A stretch of 64,000 nucleotides of DNA, taken from positions 13,161 to 77,160 of the forward strand of contig JBGAWA010000004.1 in assembly GCA_044227805.1 (NCBI GenBank), read 5' to 3'. Source of the stretch: Chitinophagales bacterium. GTDB taxonomy: Bacteria; Bacteroidota; Bacteroidia; Chitinophagales; UBA10324. Both the position numbers and the translations under genes were made by a program. Below are positions 9,372-19,040 of the stretch, one piece after another (positions within the stretch are counted from its first letter, which is position 1; every line of letters starts with the position of its first letter). The notes below the pieces were generated by a model, which ran no database searches, was not told the origin of the DNA, and was given only the letters and a program-made list of their open reading frames with translations.

Positions 9372-12300
9372 TTACTGTTTTACCATTTTGGCAGTATAAA
9401 TATTTCTGCCGGACGTAAGGCGCACGTGATAGATTCCTGCAACGAGTTGTTGAAGGTGGCCCACTTCAATGAAGTTCATTCCATTTACCAGTGAAAAAGA
9501 CGAATTCAAAATCACTCTTCCTGACATATCCGTCACTTGTAACAAACCTTGCTGATCATCCGGAATATTCAAGTATATGGTCATATTATCAAAAACAGGA
9601 TTAGGGAAAATCGACATCATACCATCAGCCACAGACTCTTTCAAATCCACCCAACGAACGGCTGAATAGGTGAAGGATGCATCGAGGTCAACCATCCTGA
9701 GGCGATAATAAATTTTTTGCACCCCCAATTCCTGCACCCGGTAATCTGTAATAGAATAATTAACCGGCTTCATGGAGGTGCCGGCAGCCTGCATCTGATC
9801 GATCTCTTCAAAATGAATCCCATCCAGGCTTCTTTCTATCGCGAAATAATTGGTGTTGTATTCCGCCTGCGTATTCCAGGCAAGAAGGCTGTTCCCTTCC
9901 GCTAAAGAAACCGTGAACTGTGTAAGCTCAACAGGCAGTATAAACACACCAACGCCTATGGCAAAGTCGGAGAAAGAAGTGCAGGAATATGCGAAACGTT
10001 CTGCATGGGCCGTACCACCCGTTTCTGTTTGTGTTGCATTGTCATGAGTGCCACATTGCTGATTCCATACTGCGCCGGTCGGATCGGCGGAATCAACGCG
10101 TTTCATCACTGCATAATAATAAGGTGATGTTGCCGAATTGGAATGTCCGCGTTCATTCAATGCCACATTATATTCACATACCGGCGACACGATCAGCGAC
10201 AGGGCCGCATCATACGGCTTAAAATTCCAATAGCCGGCATTCAGCCTGTCAAGGATGGTGGTACCATTCACCACCAATGAAAAAGTTTCATCGCTGGTAG
10301 TAGTGATATCGGAAGTAAAAATGCCCACCAAATTGTCAATGTTGGAATTGGTCTTCATATCAAGATAAGCCAACTCATAGCCGGCCGCGCTGGTCATGGT
10401 AGCGCCGCCTACCGGGAAAGCATAGTTACCGGTGGTGATGCCTCGTCTCAAAGGGCCATTTACCCATGAGTCGGCGGCATTGTCGGATGCATCATAGATG
10501 ATCGCACCTTCCGCACTATTTAACACATATACTTCTCCTGTGCCACAACTTACTATTCCGGAAAACAACCTTAATGATTCAATGATCTGAATGGATGTAG
10601 CGCCGGCCAGTGAAACCTGTGGCGTTGCATCAGTATTGTTGATCGTAAGTCCATAGAAAGTTTCTGTATTGCCGTTAGCGGTACAGGTAATCGACTGATC
10701 GGCATTGCCGCCGAATTCCACATAGTTATTGTTGTCGGTAAAAGAACTTGAAGCGCCGCTTCTCGACCAGTTTCCACCCACATAAAAATCGCCTGTGCCG
10801 GCGGCAAGCAGCAGCCCGCCGTCGGTTATAGTGATGTTGTTACGCACACCCCTTGTATCATTGATGGTGAGCAGTGTTCCCACACCATTGATTTCTACAT
10901 TGTAGGGAATACCGGGCAGGCCGGAGAAGATGGAGCCGGGAGCCCAGGTAAGATCGCTCGCATACACCTGGTAATCGATGTTATTCGCGAAGCGCAAAGT
11001 GGAGGCTGGTGAAGCAGAAAAGTAACATGAATTATAAACTACGCTGCCGCCAAGGTTCACCTGCAATACACCTTGTATGGTGGTCAGATTGATACCACCG
11101 CTGATTCCAAAATCCATCATACCATCGGCAATCGTCACCAGTACCTGCTGATCAAATGTCAGTGATCCGACGCCTCCGTTGTTCGCTACGGATTTGGTGA
11201 ACCAGCTTATCTGGTTCGGGTTGGCGACAGATTTGATTTCAAACTTTCCTGTATTCACTCCCTGTGAATTGGTAATCACCCGGGCGCCATTCACGTAAAT
11301 GTATCCGGTGGCTCCTCCGGCACTGTTGCCATCAAGATAAACCGTTCTGCCATTGAGGTCGAGTGACCCGTTGTTGATCAGTTGCAATACATTGCCGCTC
11401 ATTCCATTCACTTTGATGTCTGTAGCATTGGCAGGCGTCTTATCCGGTTGTACATAGGTGCCGGCATTGGCTTTATCAATCACGAGGTAGGCAAAGGTTT
11501 CCGTCCCTGAGCCGGTAACGGAAACGATTTGATTAGCGGTGCCATTAAAAAAAACTGCTCTTCCATTCGGCGTAAAAACGCCTGCAGCACTTCGTGTCCA
11601 GTCACCAGCCACTTTAACATCACCACCTGAAACACCGGACAGCGACAAGGAACCTGACAGGAAAAAGTCGTTGCCGATGATCAGCGGAATCAACATGTCA
11701 TCACTGGCATAATCCATATAAACGGCCGATCCTGCGTCAATGGTGAGATCATTGGCCAGTGAAAACACCGTCGAGTTATACGATTCATCATCTTTAGCCG
11801 GACGGAAGATGGTGTTGTTACTGAATTGAACATTATAAGGATAGCCTTTGCCGGATGAGGCACTCCATTCCAGACCACGGTCATAAGGCGGTGAAGAGTT
11901 GGCTGTATTATAAACCAAGGTTGATCCTGACGCATAGGTCGGAGCATTTGTGGTAACATAACCACCGGCATCAATTCTGAATTTGGTATTCACAGTTGAT
12001 GCACTGCCAAAATTCAACCCGCTGCTGCAACTGACTACATTAAAAGCAACCGTTCCGCTCACTGTCGCAACATCTATGGTAAAGGCAACTTCTTCCGTAC
12101 CTGTTCCGGCAGTGAAGGTGCCGTTATTCGTGAAAGAGGTAGCAGAGCAGGTTCCGTCAATCGTGAGCTTCTTGTTGTTCTGCATCGTCAGCGAGCCCAA
12201 TGCATTAATGGTTAGCGAATGGCAGGTGGCATTGGCATTGGAGATAACCGGATCATTGGCAACATCTGAGATGAAGACGTCATAATATTTTGTCGGAACC

Positions 12301-14807
12301 AAGGCAGGCGACCAGTTGGTGGAAACATTCCAATCTGTACTGGTGGTTCCCGTCCAGGTAAGTACATTACTCACCTCATCTGCACCAATATCCGGAGTTG
12401 TTCCGCTCCGCGAAGTTCCATCATAATCAGTGGTATAACCCACAATAGGTGTTCCGCCGTTGTTGATGGTAGCGAGGTCACAGGCATTGGCAACAATATG
12501 AAGATCAATCGTGGACGCGAATGTAAAGTTATTTGAGATGGATTTTGGTGAGACTACCGGATCATCCTGGATAGGTAAAAAAGAAGCTGACCAGAGTGCC
12601 AGTGTTAATTTATTGGCCCCTCCCACGTAACCCAGCATGGATCCTGTTCCGATTGCATATAAATCATTGGCTACGCCCGTGTAGGTAGAGGGCGTACTGT
12701 TAAACCTGATGGCATAATGCGTACCCGATGCTGTTCCTGAATTGCTTCGTTCATTGATGAAAATATTATTCTTTAAGACGAGCGCATTGGTAGTGGCGCA
12801 ATAAAAAGCATGTGAGTTGCCCGAACCTGTTGTTGGTGTTCCCTGAATTCTTACGGTATTAAAATAACAGGTAATGGTGCTGGAGACATAGTTGATTCCG
12901 TAAATAAGATTGCCGTTGCTCATTCCACTGCCTAATGAGATCATGTTGTTGCTCAGGATGGCCGAGTTGCCACCTGTATAAATCGTGATTCCGCTCACTT
13001 GCGCAGTGACACTTGTAGAACTGACCGTCAGTGTGTGAATCCAGTTTTGCGAAACAGGCATTGCACCTGCAAGTCCGCCTGATCCTCCTGTGACATACAT
13101 TCCGCTCACAACAGTATTGCCGGAAACTGAAGTATTCGTGAGATTGCTGATAATATTACCGTTGATAACATCACTCACACCACTGCAACTGGTGTTTATA
13201 ATTCCGATCACGGAGGCGTTGGCCAATGTACCGGCATTGGCACCGCTGCAATTAAGGTTCTGAATGGTGTTGTTAGAGATTGTATTCGAAAGAGCTGCAT
13301 TACTGGCTAACTTGATACCGACAACATTAGCGCCGCTGGCGGTGTTCCCGCTGGTAATGTTGTTGGCGGTGGTATTCCCAATGGTATTATTACTGATCGT
13401 GGAAGAACCGGTGTTGTTACTGTAAATGCCAATCAAGGGATTTCCACCATAAGTACCAATCGCTCCTATTCCTGTATAACTCATGGTTATGCTTCCAATA
13501 GTATTGCCGGAGATAGTGTTACTGGAACTACCGCTTACCAGGATACCGGTTACCGGAAGATAGGGAAGAGCCGGGCTTGCAGTTTCAATATTTTGCTTGA
13601 ATAATATGCTACCTGTTCCGGAAGAAGCACCAATGATGTTATTAGTGATGTTTGCTTTGCCTGCTTTTAACCAGATTCCAATAAGGGGATATGTTGTTCC
13701 TGAATTGGTGCTGCGGGCTGTAGTAAAATCAATGTTAGTAATCGTATTGCCGCTGACAGTTGACAAGGTCGTGTTCAGCGTAAGGCATATCGGGTAAAGA
13801 TCAATGGAGGTATGGGAACCGGCAGCTAAATCGGTAAAAGTCATGTAGCCTGTACCTGCCGCGGTGCTGTAACCAAAAATATTATTCGATATGATATAGC
13901 CACCACCGCCGTCAATTTTTATCCCGTAGAAGTCATTGGCCATACCTGCGGTTATGTTTCTGGTAGCTGACTGGTAAAACCGGTTGCCGGAAATTGTCCA
14001 GCCTGAAATAAAAGTGGATGCCAGGTAAATAGCACAAGTATTATTGCCAGACGTGAAATCAAGCCAGTCGTGAAATGTGCAATTGGTAACCTGGCACAAA
14101 TCATTGGCGTTGTTGGAGCCATAACCCTTCAGCAGGATGTATGGCAGGGTTGCCGCATCGGGTCCGAAGTCGCAGTTCTGAATAGAATTATTATCATTGC
14201 CGGTAGAACCGGTAGTAGTGGAAATGGTAACGATGCCACCATCACTGCCTGTTTGCGCTGCGGAATTTCTGCCTTGCAGGTTGCAATACTTAATGACATT
14301 ATTGGTCGCATCGTTCTTAAGAACAATCGCCATGGCAGTTGTGGAAGAGCTCGTATTCGCTATCGTAAGCGAAACCACGCCGCTGATGGCACCGTCTATG
14401 GTGACTTTATCTGCACCATCCAGAATAATCATTCCGTTAGCCGCCGGCGCACCTGAAATGGTCCATGAACCACCTGATGGCATAATGGTAAGCGTAGTCC
14501 ATGATCCGGCAATCAAGGCGACGTTACCGGAATTGGGCTCCGTTACATTGCCGGTGATCGTGATAACTACATTATATCCTGTTTGAGAAAAACTGTTGAT
14601 GGCGAAAAAAGCACCGGCGGGGCCGGAAAGATTTGTATAACTGCCATTGCTTGATGCGTTTGCTCCTGAAACGGTAACCTGCGCCGACAGCTTTTCAGCG
14701 TGTAAAAAGCATAGCAGCAGGAAGGTGAGTGGAAGTAGTTTCAAGGCAGGGTAATTTATGCACTTCAAGGCGTCAAAAATAAAGTAAATTATCCCGATAA
14801 ATACCAT
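9372..14807 (-). CDS. giant secreted parallel beta-helix repeat protein with a T9SS C-terminal sorting domain
   Basis: 1811-aa ORF with an N-terminal signal-like segment. There are long arrays of N/T/S/G-rich NNTI.N-type beta-helix repeats. The C-terminal ~80 aa (IFPNPVFDNMTIYL...GIYHVRLTSGRNIYTAKMVKQ) is a Por_Secre_tail-type CTD. Confidence 0.85.
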   Translation of the reverse strand: MVFIGIIYFIFDALKCINYPALKLLPLTFLLLCFLHAEKLSAQVTVSGANASSNGSYTNLSGPAGAFFAINSFSQTGYNVVITITGNVTEPNSGNVALIAGSWTTLTIMPSGGSWTISGAPAANGMIILDGADKVTIDGAISGVVSLTIANTSSSTTAMAIVLKNDATNNVIKYCNLQGRNSAAQTGSDGGIVTISTTTGSTGNDNNSIQNCDFGPDAATLPYILLKGYGSNNANDLCQVTNCTFHDWLDFTSGNNTCAIYLASTFISGWTISGNRFYQSATRNITAGMANDFYGIKIDGGGGYIISNNIFGYSTAAGTGYMTFTDLAAGSHTSIDLYPICLTLNTTLSTVSGNTITNIDFTTARSTNSGTTYPLIGIWLKAGKANITNNIIGASSGTGSILFKQNIETASPALPYLPVTGILVSGSSSNTISGNTIGSITMSYTGIGAIGTYGGNPLIGIYSNNTGSSTISNNTIGNTTANNITSGNTASGANVVGIKLASNAALSNTISNNTIQNLNCSGANAGTLANASVIGIINTSCSGVSDVINGNIISNLTNTSVSGNTVVSGMYVTGGSGGLAGAMPVSQNWIHTLTVSSTSVTAQVSGITIYTGGNSAILSNNMISLGSGMSNGNLIYGINYVSSTITCYFNTVRIQGTPTTGSGNSHAFYCATTNALVLKNNIFINERSNSGTASGTHYAIRFNSTPSTYTGVANDLYAIGTGSMLGYVGGANKLTLALWSASFLPIQDDPVVSPKSISNNFTFASTIDLHIVANACDLATINNGGTPIVGYTTDYDGTSRSGTTPDIGADEVSNVLTWTGTTSTDWNVSTNWSPALVPTKYYDVFISDVANDPVISNANATCHSLTINALGSLTMQNNKKLTIDGTCSATSFTNNGTFTAGTGTEEVAFTIDVATVSGTVAFNVVSCSSGLNFGSASTVNTKFRIDAGGYVTTNAPTYASGSTLVYNTANSSPPYDRGLEWSASSGKGYPYNVQFSNNTIFRPAKDDESYNSTVFSLANDLTIDAGSAVYMDYASDDMLIPLIIGNDFFLSGSLSLSGVSGGDVKVAGDWTRSAAGVFTPNGRAVFFNGTANQIVSVTGSGTETFAYLVIDKANAGTYVQPDKTPANATDIKVNGMSGNVLQLINNGSLDLNGRTVYLDGNSAGGATGYIYVNGARVITNSQGVNTGKFEIKSVANPNQISWFTKSVANNGGVGSLTFDQQVLVTIADGMMDFGISGGINLTTIQGVLQVNLGGSVVYNSCYFSASPASTLRFANNIDYQVYASDLTWAPGSIFSGLPGIPYNVEINGVGTLLTINDTRGVRNNITITDGGLLLAAGTGDFYVGGNWSRSGASSSFTDNNNYVEFGGNADQSITCTANGNTETFYGLTINNTDATPQVSLAGATSIQIIESLRLFSGIVSCGTGEVYVLNSAEGAIIYDASDNAADSWVNGPLRRGITTGNYAFPVGGATMTSAAGYELAYLDMKTNSNIDNLVGIFTSDITTTSDETFSLVVNGTTILDRLNAGYWNFKPYDAALSLIVSPVCEYNVALNERGHSNSATSPYYYAVMKRVDSADPTGAVWNQQCGTHDNATQTETGGTAHAERFAYSCTSFSDFAIGVGVFILPVELTQFTVSLAEGNSLLAWNTQAEYNTNYFAIERSLDGIHFEEIDQMQAAGTSMKPVNYSITDYRVQELGVQKIYYRLRMVDLDASFTYSAVRWVDLKESVADGMMSIFPNPVFDNMTIYLNIPDDQQGLLQVTDMSGRVILNSSFSLVNGMNFIEVGHLQQLVAGIYHVRLTSGRNIYTAKMVKQ

Positions 14808-15098
14808 ATTAACCTAAAAATAACCCAACATAAAAATGTGGAGACTTGTCTTGGCAGAAGGGCTGATTTTCCGGTAAGCTTATGTTACAATTTGGGAGTG
14901 TTTGCATGAATACTATTGCCTTTTTTCGGTTAAGCACAACAGCTATTGCTGCAGTGCATACATCATAAGAATATCAGTTATGGCAACATCTTAAGAATAT
15001 GCGATCAACTGTGATTCAATCGTCCGTAACAGGTGTCATACTTTTATAAAGTGAAAAAATATGTGTACACAAAGCGAAACGTGTATTAAAAAAATAGC

Positions 15099-15106
15099 TA
15101 CTTTTG
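15099..15106 (+). promoter_or_regulatory. candidate Bacteroidota -7 promoter box
   Basis: TACTTTTG is an exact match to the TAnnTTTG consensus, 40 nt upstream of the ATG at 15146. No clear -33 TTTG was seen. Confidence 0.3.
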
Positions 15107-15145
15107 GTTCATTCATTTTTTCACACATCATAAAACCCAATTAAC

Positions 15146-15910
15146 ATGAAAAAAAATCTTTACACGCTTTTGCTTGCCCTTGCCGTTGTAGCGTTTGTTT
15201 CAAACGTGCGCGCGCAGGTTACCGTAACCTACCAGGTTGATATGACTGGTGCACAATTAGGTGCTGCAGGTGGTACATGCGCAGTTGTTCCTTTTGATCC
15301 TTCCACTGACGTTGTACAGGCTATGGGAGCTGAATACAATGGATGGAGTGAAGCTGAAAATGTTGCCTGCGGATTACCATTTACCGCTGATGCAACCATT
15401 GACTTCGCGCCGATCTCTGCCGGATCAATGATTTACACCCGCACCAAAGAAGTAACGCCTGATGCATTGGGCAAACTGACCTGGAAATACCGCATCAATC
15501 ACTCCTGGGACAACGATGAACTCAGAGGTGTTGGAGATGGTAACCGTCACGCTGCGGTTCCAACAGGTGCAGCTGCTATCACGATTGCCTCCCTGTTCAA
15601 CGATACCACCAACACGGTGACTATCAATTCCGGCATACACAATCCTAAATTGGCGGAAGTTCGCCAGGTGTATCCTAACCCGGCCAGCGGCAGCACTGTA
15701 GTTTCTTACTACACACTGAGCAATGACAATGTTACTGTTTACCTCTCTAACATTCTGGGACAGTCCGTAAAGACCTACTTCAGCGGCAACCAATATGTTG
15801 GTCTGCACAACCTGACTATGGATCTTACCGGCCTCACTGAAGGATTCTACTTCGTGAATGTTAAAGTTGGCAACTCCATCTCATCGCAAAAGATTACGGT
15901 ACTTCAATAA
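15146..15910 (+). CDS. secreted T9SS cargo protein, possible carbohydrate-binding module
   Basis: Signal peptide plus a C-terminal CTD (VYPNPASGSTVV...GFYFVNVKVGNSISSQKITVLQ). The N-terminal domain pattern (VTVTYQVDM...GWSE...W.YRINHSWDNDE...GNRH..VP) resembles starch-binding beta-sandwich modules, but that part is inference. Confidence 0.7.
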   Translation: MKKNLYTLLLALAVVAFVSNVRAQVTVTYQVDMTGAQLGAAGGTCAVVPFDPSTDVVQAMGAEYNGWSEAENVACGLPFTADATIDFAPISAGSMIYTRTKEVTPDALGKLTWKYRINHSWDNDELRGVGDGNRHAAVPTGAAAITIASLFNDTTNTVTINSGIHNPKLAEVRQVYPNPASGSTVVSYYTLSNDNVTVYLSNILGQSVKTYFSGNQYVGLHNLTMDLTGLTEGFYFVNVKVGNSISSQKITVLQ

Positions 15911-15934
15911 ACCGAACTTATTTTTTGAAAAAAA

Positions 15935-15959
15935 CCCACAGCATTGTGGGTTTTTTTTT
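15935..15959 (+). terminator. rho-independent terminator
   Basis: CCCACA-GCAT-TGTGGG hairpin preceded by an A-run and followed by 9 T. Confidence 0.8.
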
Positions 15960-16104
15960 GCGTTGTTCCTGCCTCATAAATTTGAACAGCATCCTGTTCC
16001 TTTTCTTTTTCATTTCATCTCCTGATTTAAATTGCAGCGACTCCTCACATAGTACTATCTTTAATCTTTCAAGACACCTAACCTCATCCGTCAATTCCAC
16101 GCTT

Positions 16105-18969
16105 ATGAAAATAATGTACACTGGTCTCCTCACCCTCCTGCTTTGTTTTATTACCGGATATTCCTTTTCACAGGTTGTTGTCGCCAACCCGCTGTTTCCG
16201 GCAGATAATGCAACGGTAACACTTACATACGATGCAGCACAGGGCAACCAGGCGCTGAAGGATTTTTCGGGAGATATTTACATTCATACAGGTGTCATCA
16301 CCAACTTCAGCACCTCTCCCAGCGACTGGAAGCATGTGGTTACCAGCTGGGGAAGCACGAATCCGTTGCATAAAATGACACCACTGGGCAACAACCGGTA
16401 TTCATTTACCATCACCAATATTCGCACCTGGTACAATGTGCCGGTGAGTGAAACCATCCTGAAGCTGGCCATGGTTTTCCGTAATGCCGACGGCAGCATT
16501 GTTGGCCGCAACGCCGATGGAAGCGATATTTTTTACGATGTATGGGACGGGGTTTCACTGCAAACTGCCTTTTTGGAACCTGCCAACCAACCCGTTTTCT
16601 TAAACCTCAATGAGACCGTTCAAACAACATTTATTGTTTCCAAACCGGTCACCATTTCTTTATTTCAAAACAGTAACCTGGTTACACAAGCGGACAACAG
16701 CGATTCCATTACACAACTGCTTACCGCCGCAGAAAATGGAAAAACATGGGTAAAGGCCATTGCCGATGATGGCATCACCCAAGTGGCCGATTCATTTTAT
16801 TTCATGGTAAACCCGCCGGTTACTGTTGCTGATTTACCCTCGGGCGCGCAAACCGGCATCAATTATCTTAGCGACAGCAGTCTCACGCTGGTGCTTACTG
16901 CTCCAGATAAATCCTTTGTGTATGCGATCGGCGACTTCAGCAACTGGGAAGCAGATCCTGCTTATTATATGAACAAAACACCGGATGGTAAATACTGGTG
17001 GTTAACCATCAGTCACCTCGTGCCGCAACAGGAATACACTTACCAGTACCTGGTGGATGGCAACCTGCGTATTGCCGATCCTTATTGCGATAAAATATTA
17101 GATGCGGGAAATGATCCATACATCAGCGAAGCAACGTATCCCGGGCTCCTGGATTATCCTACTGGAAAAACCAGTGGCATTGTGTCTGTTTTTCAAACGG
17201 CTCAAATACCATTCAACTGGCAGGTGACTAACTTCACCAAGCCTGACCCTGACAACATGGTGGTGTATGAATTGCTGGTGCGTGACTTTATCGCTGCGAG
17301 GAACTTTGCAGTATTAAAAGACACCCTGAACTATCTGAAAACGTTGGGAGTGAATGTCATTGAGCTCATGCCTTTCAGCGAATTTGAAGGGAATGATAGC
17401 TGGGGTTATAATCCTGATTTTTATTTCGCACCTGACAAATATTATGGCACCAAAAATATGCTGAAGGAATTTATTGATGCCTGCCATCAGCAGGGAATTG
17501 CCGTTGTGCAGGATATGGTGCTGAATCATTCATTCGGGCAATCGCCCATGGTGCAGCTTTATTGGGATGCCGCGTCTAATGGGCCTTCGGCAGCCAGTCC
17601 ATGGTTCAATCCTGACCAGGATTTAGTTTCGGCAGGCTACCAGGGCAAGCATCCTTATGGTGTTGGATTCGATATCAACCATGAGAGTACTTATACGCAG
17701 AAATTTGTGGATGACGTACTCGCTTATTGGGTAACACAATATAAGATAGACGGCTTCCGCTTTGATTTATCGAAGGGCTTCACCCAAAAATATTCGGGCA
17801 ATGATGTTGGCCTGTGGGGACAATATGATCAGTCGCGCATCAATATCCTGAAGCGGATGAAAGATGCCGTTTCCCTGGTTGACCCGACTGTAATAATGAT
17901 CCTCGAACATTTTGCCGATCAGAGTGAAGAACAGGTGCTTTCCAACGACGGCTTCTATCTCTGGTCAAATTCCAACTACGCTTATGCGCAATCAGCGATG
18001 GGTTATGCAAGCAGTTCGGATATATCCTGGGTTTCCTATAAGTCGCATGGATTCAGCCTGCCGCATGCCGTAGGATATATGGAAAGCCACGATGAAGAAA
18101 GAATCACGTATAAAACGATCACTTATGGTGCGCATACTGCCAGCTATGATGTTCGCCCGCTTGATGAAGCCCTCAACCGGATGAAGATGGCTGCCTGTTT
18201 TTTCTTCACCATTCCAGGCCCTAAAATGATCTGGCAATTTGGTGAGTTAGGTTATGACTATTCCATCAACTATTGTGCGAACGGAACCATCAGTTCAGCC
18301 TGCCGCGTGGATGCCAAACCCATTAAATGGAATTACCTTGGCTATAATCCGCGCGTGTGGGTTTATAACTTTTACAAGGCCATGATAGATTTGAAGATGA
18401 ACTACCCTGTTTTTCAAACCACTGATTTTGTAATGGCCGTCGGCAACCTGAAAAAGAACATACGACTGAACAGTCCTGCCATGAATGTTTGCGTGGTGGG
18501 CAATTTTGATGTCAGCGCAGGCAATCAGCCACCCAACTTTCAACACACAGGATGGTGGTATGAATACTTCACCGGTGACAGCATCAACGTGACGGATTTG
18601 TCAGCCTCACTTTACCTCAACACCGGCGAATACCGGCTTTACACGGATAGCAAGCTTGATGTGCCTGATTTAGGAAATGTTGGTATTGACGGGCCAAAGG
18701 AATTACAATCATTGCAACTGTTTCAGAATATGCCCAACCCTTTTGATCAGCTGACTTCCATAGATTTTTATGTGCCGAAAGCAGGCAGAGCATTACTGGA
18801 AATTTATGACCTGTATGGCCATCTTATCAAAACCGTTGCCGACAAATCGCTAGCTGCAGGATTTTATACAGTGGTTGTTCCGGGTGCGGATTTTTCGGAT
18901 GGGATCTACTTCTGCAAATTATCGCAAAACGGAGCAACCAGAACGATTAAGATGCAGGTGGTGAATTAG
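16105..18969 (+). CDS. GH13 alpha-amylase/pullulanase-type enzyme with an E-set/CBM48-like domain and a T9SS C-terminal domain
   Basis: Signal peptide starts at the ATG at 16105 (MKIMYTGLLTLLLCFITGYSFSQ). GH13 regions: GVNVIELMPF, DMVLNHS, IDGFRFDLSKGF, ILEHF, YMESHDE. The C-terminus is a CTD (NMPNPFDQLTSIDF...GIYFCKLSQNGATRTIKMQVVN). Confidence 0.85.
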   Translation: MKIMYTGLLTLLLCFITGYSFSQVVVANPLFPADNATVTLTYDAAQGNQALKDFSGDIYIHTGVITNFSTSPSDWKHVVTSWGSTNPLHKMTPLGNNRYSFTITNIRTWYNVPVSETILKLAMVFRNADGSIVGRNADGSDIFYDVWDGVSLQTAFLEPANQPVFLNLNETVQTTFIVSKPVTISLFQNSNLVTQADNSDSITQLLTAAENGKTWVKAIADDGITQVADSFYFMVNPPVTVADLPSGAQTGINYLSDSSLTLVLTAPDKSFVYAIGDFSNWEADPAYYMNKTPDGKYWWLTISHLVPQQEYTYQYLVDGNLRIADPYCDKILDAGNDPYISEATYPGLLDYPTGKTSGIVSVFQTAQIPFNWQVTNFTKPDPDNMVVYELLVRDFIAARNFAVLKDTLNYLKTLGVNVIELMPFSEFEGNDSWGYNPDFYFAPDKYYGTKNMLKEFIDACHQQGIAVVQDMVLNHSFGQSPMVQLYWDAASNGPSAASPWFNPDQDLVSAGYQGKHPYGVGFDINHESTYTQKFVDDVLAYWVTQYKIDGFRFDLSKGFTQKYSGNDVGLWGQYDQSRINILKRMKDAVSLVDPTVIMILEHFADQSEEQVLSNDGFYLWSNSNYAYAQSAMGYASSSDISWVSYKSHGFSLPHAVGYMESHDEERITYKTITYGAHTASYDVRPLDEALNRMKMAACFFFTIPGPKMIWQFGELGYDYSINYCANGTISSACRVDAKPIKWNYLGYNPRVWVYNFYKAMIDLKMNYPVFQTTDFVMAVGNLKKNIRLNSPAMNVCVVGNFDVSAGNQPPNFQHTGWWYEYFTGDSINVTDLSASLYLNTGEYRLYTDSKLDVPDLGNVGIDGPKELQSLQLFQNMPNPFDQLTSIDFYVPKAGRALLEIYDLYGHLIKTVADKSLAAGFYTVVVPGADFSDGIYFCKLSQNGATRTIKMQVVN

Positions 18970-19040
18970 CCGAATCGCTGTTGGATTGGATGTGCTGAAC
19001 TGAAGATTATTTGCAGGGTAGTGAAATACCGCCCGTGAAT

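Noticed and set aside
9717-14586. About a dozen 60-130 aa ORFs on both strands inside the 1811-aa gene (for example 14070-14456, 14197-14586, 11983-12285).
   Set aside because: They lie entirely within a long, well-supported ORF of biased, repeat-rich composition. They have odd amino-acid content and no start or signal logic. They are shadow ORFs.
14966-15000. Direct repeat TAAGAATAT (14966-14974 and 14992-15000) in the divergent region upstream of the giant gene and the 254-aa gene.
   Set aside because: There are only two A/T-rich 9-mers with 26-bp spacing and no further copies noticed. This is compatible with chance in AT-rich intergenic DNA.
15925-16104. N-terminal extension of the GH13 ORF (listed start 15925).
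   Set aside because: The extension begins inside the terminator hairpin and T-run of the upstream gene and encodes low-complexity sequence. A proper signal peptide starts at the ATG at 16105.
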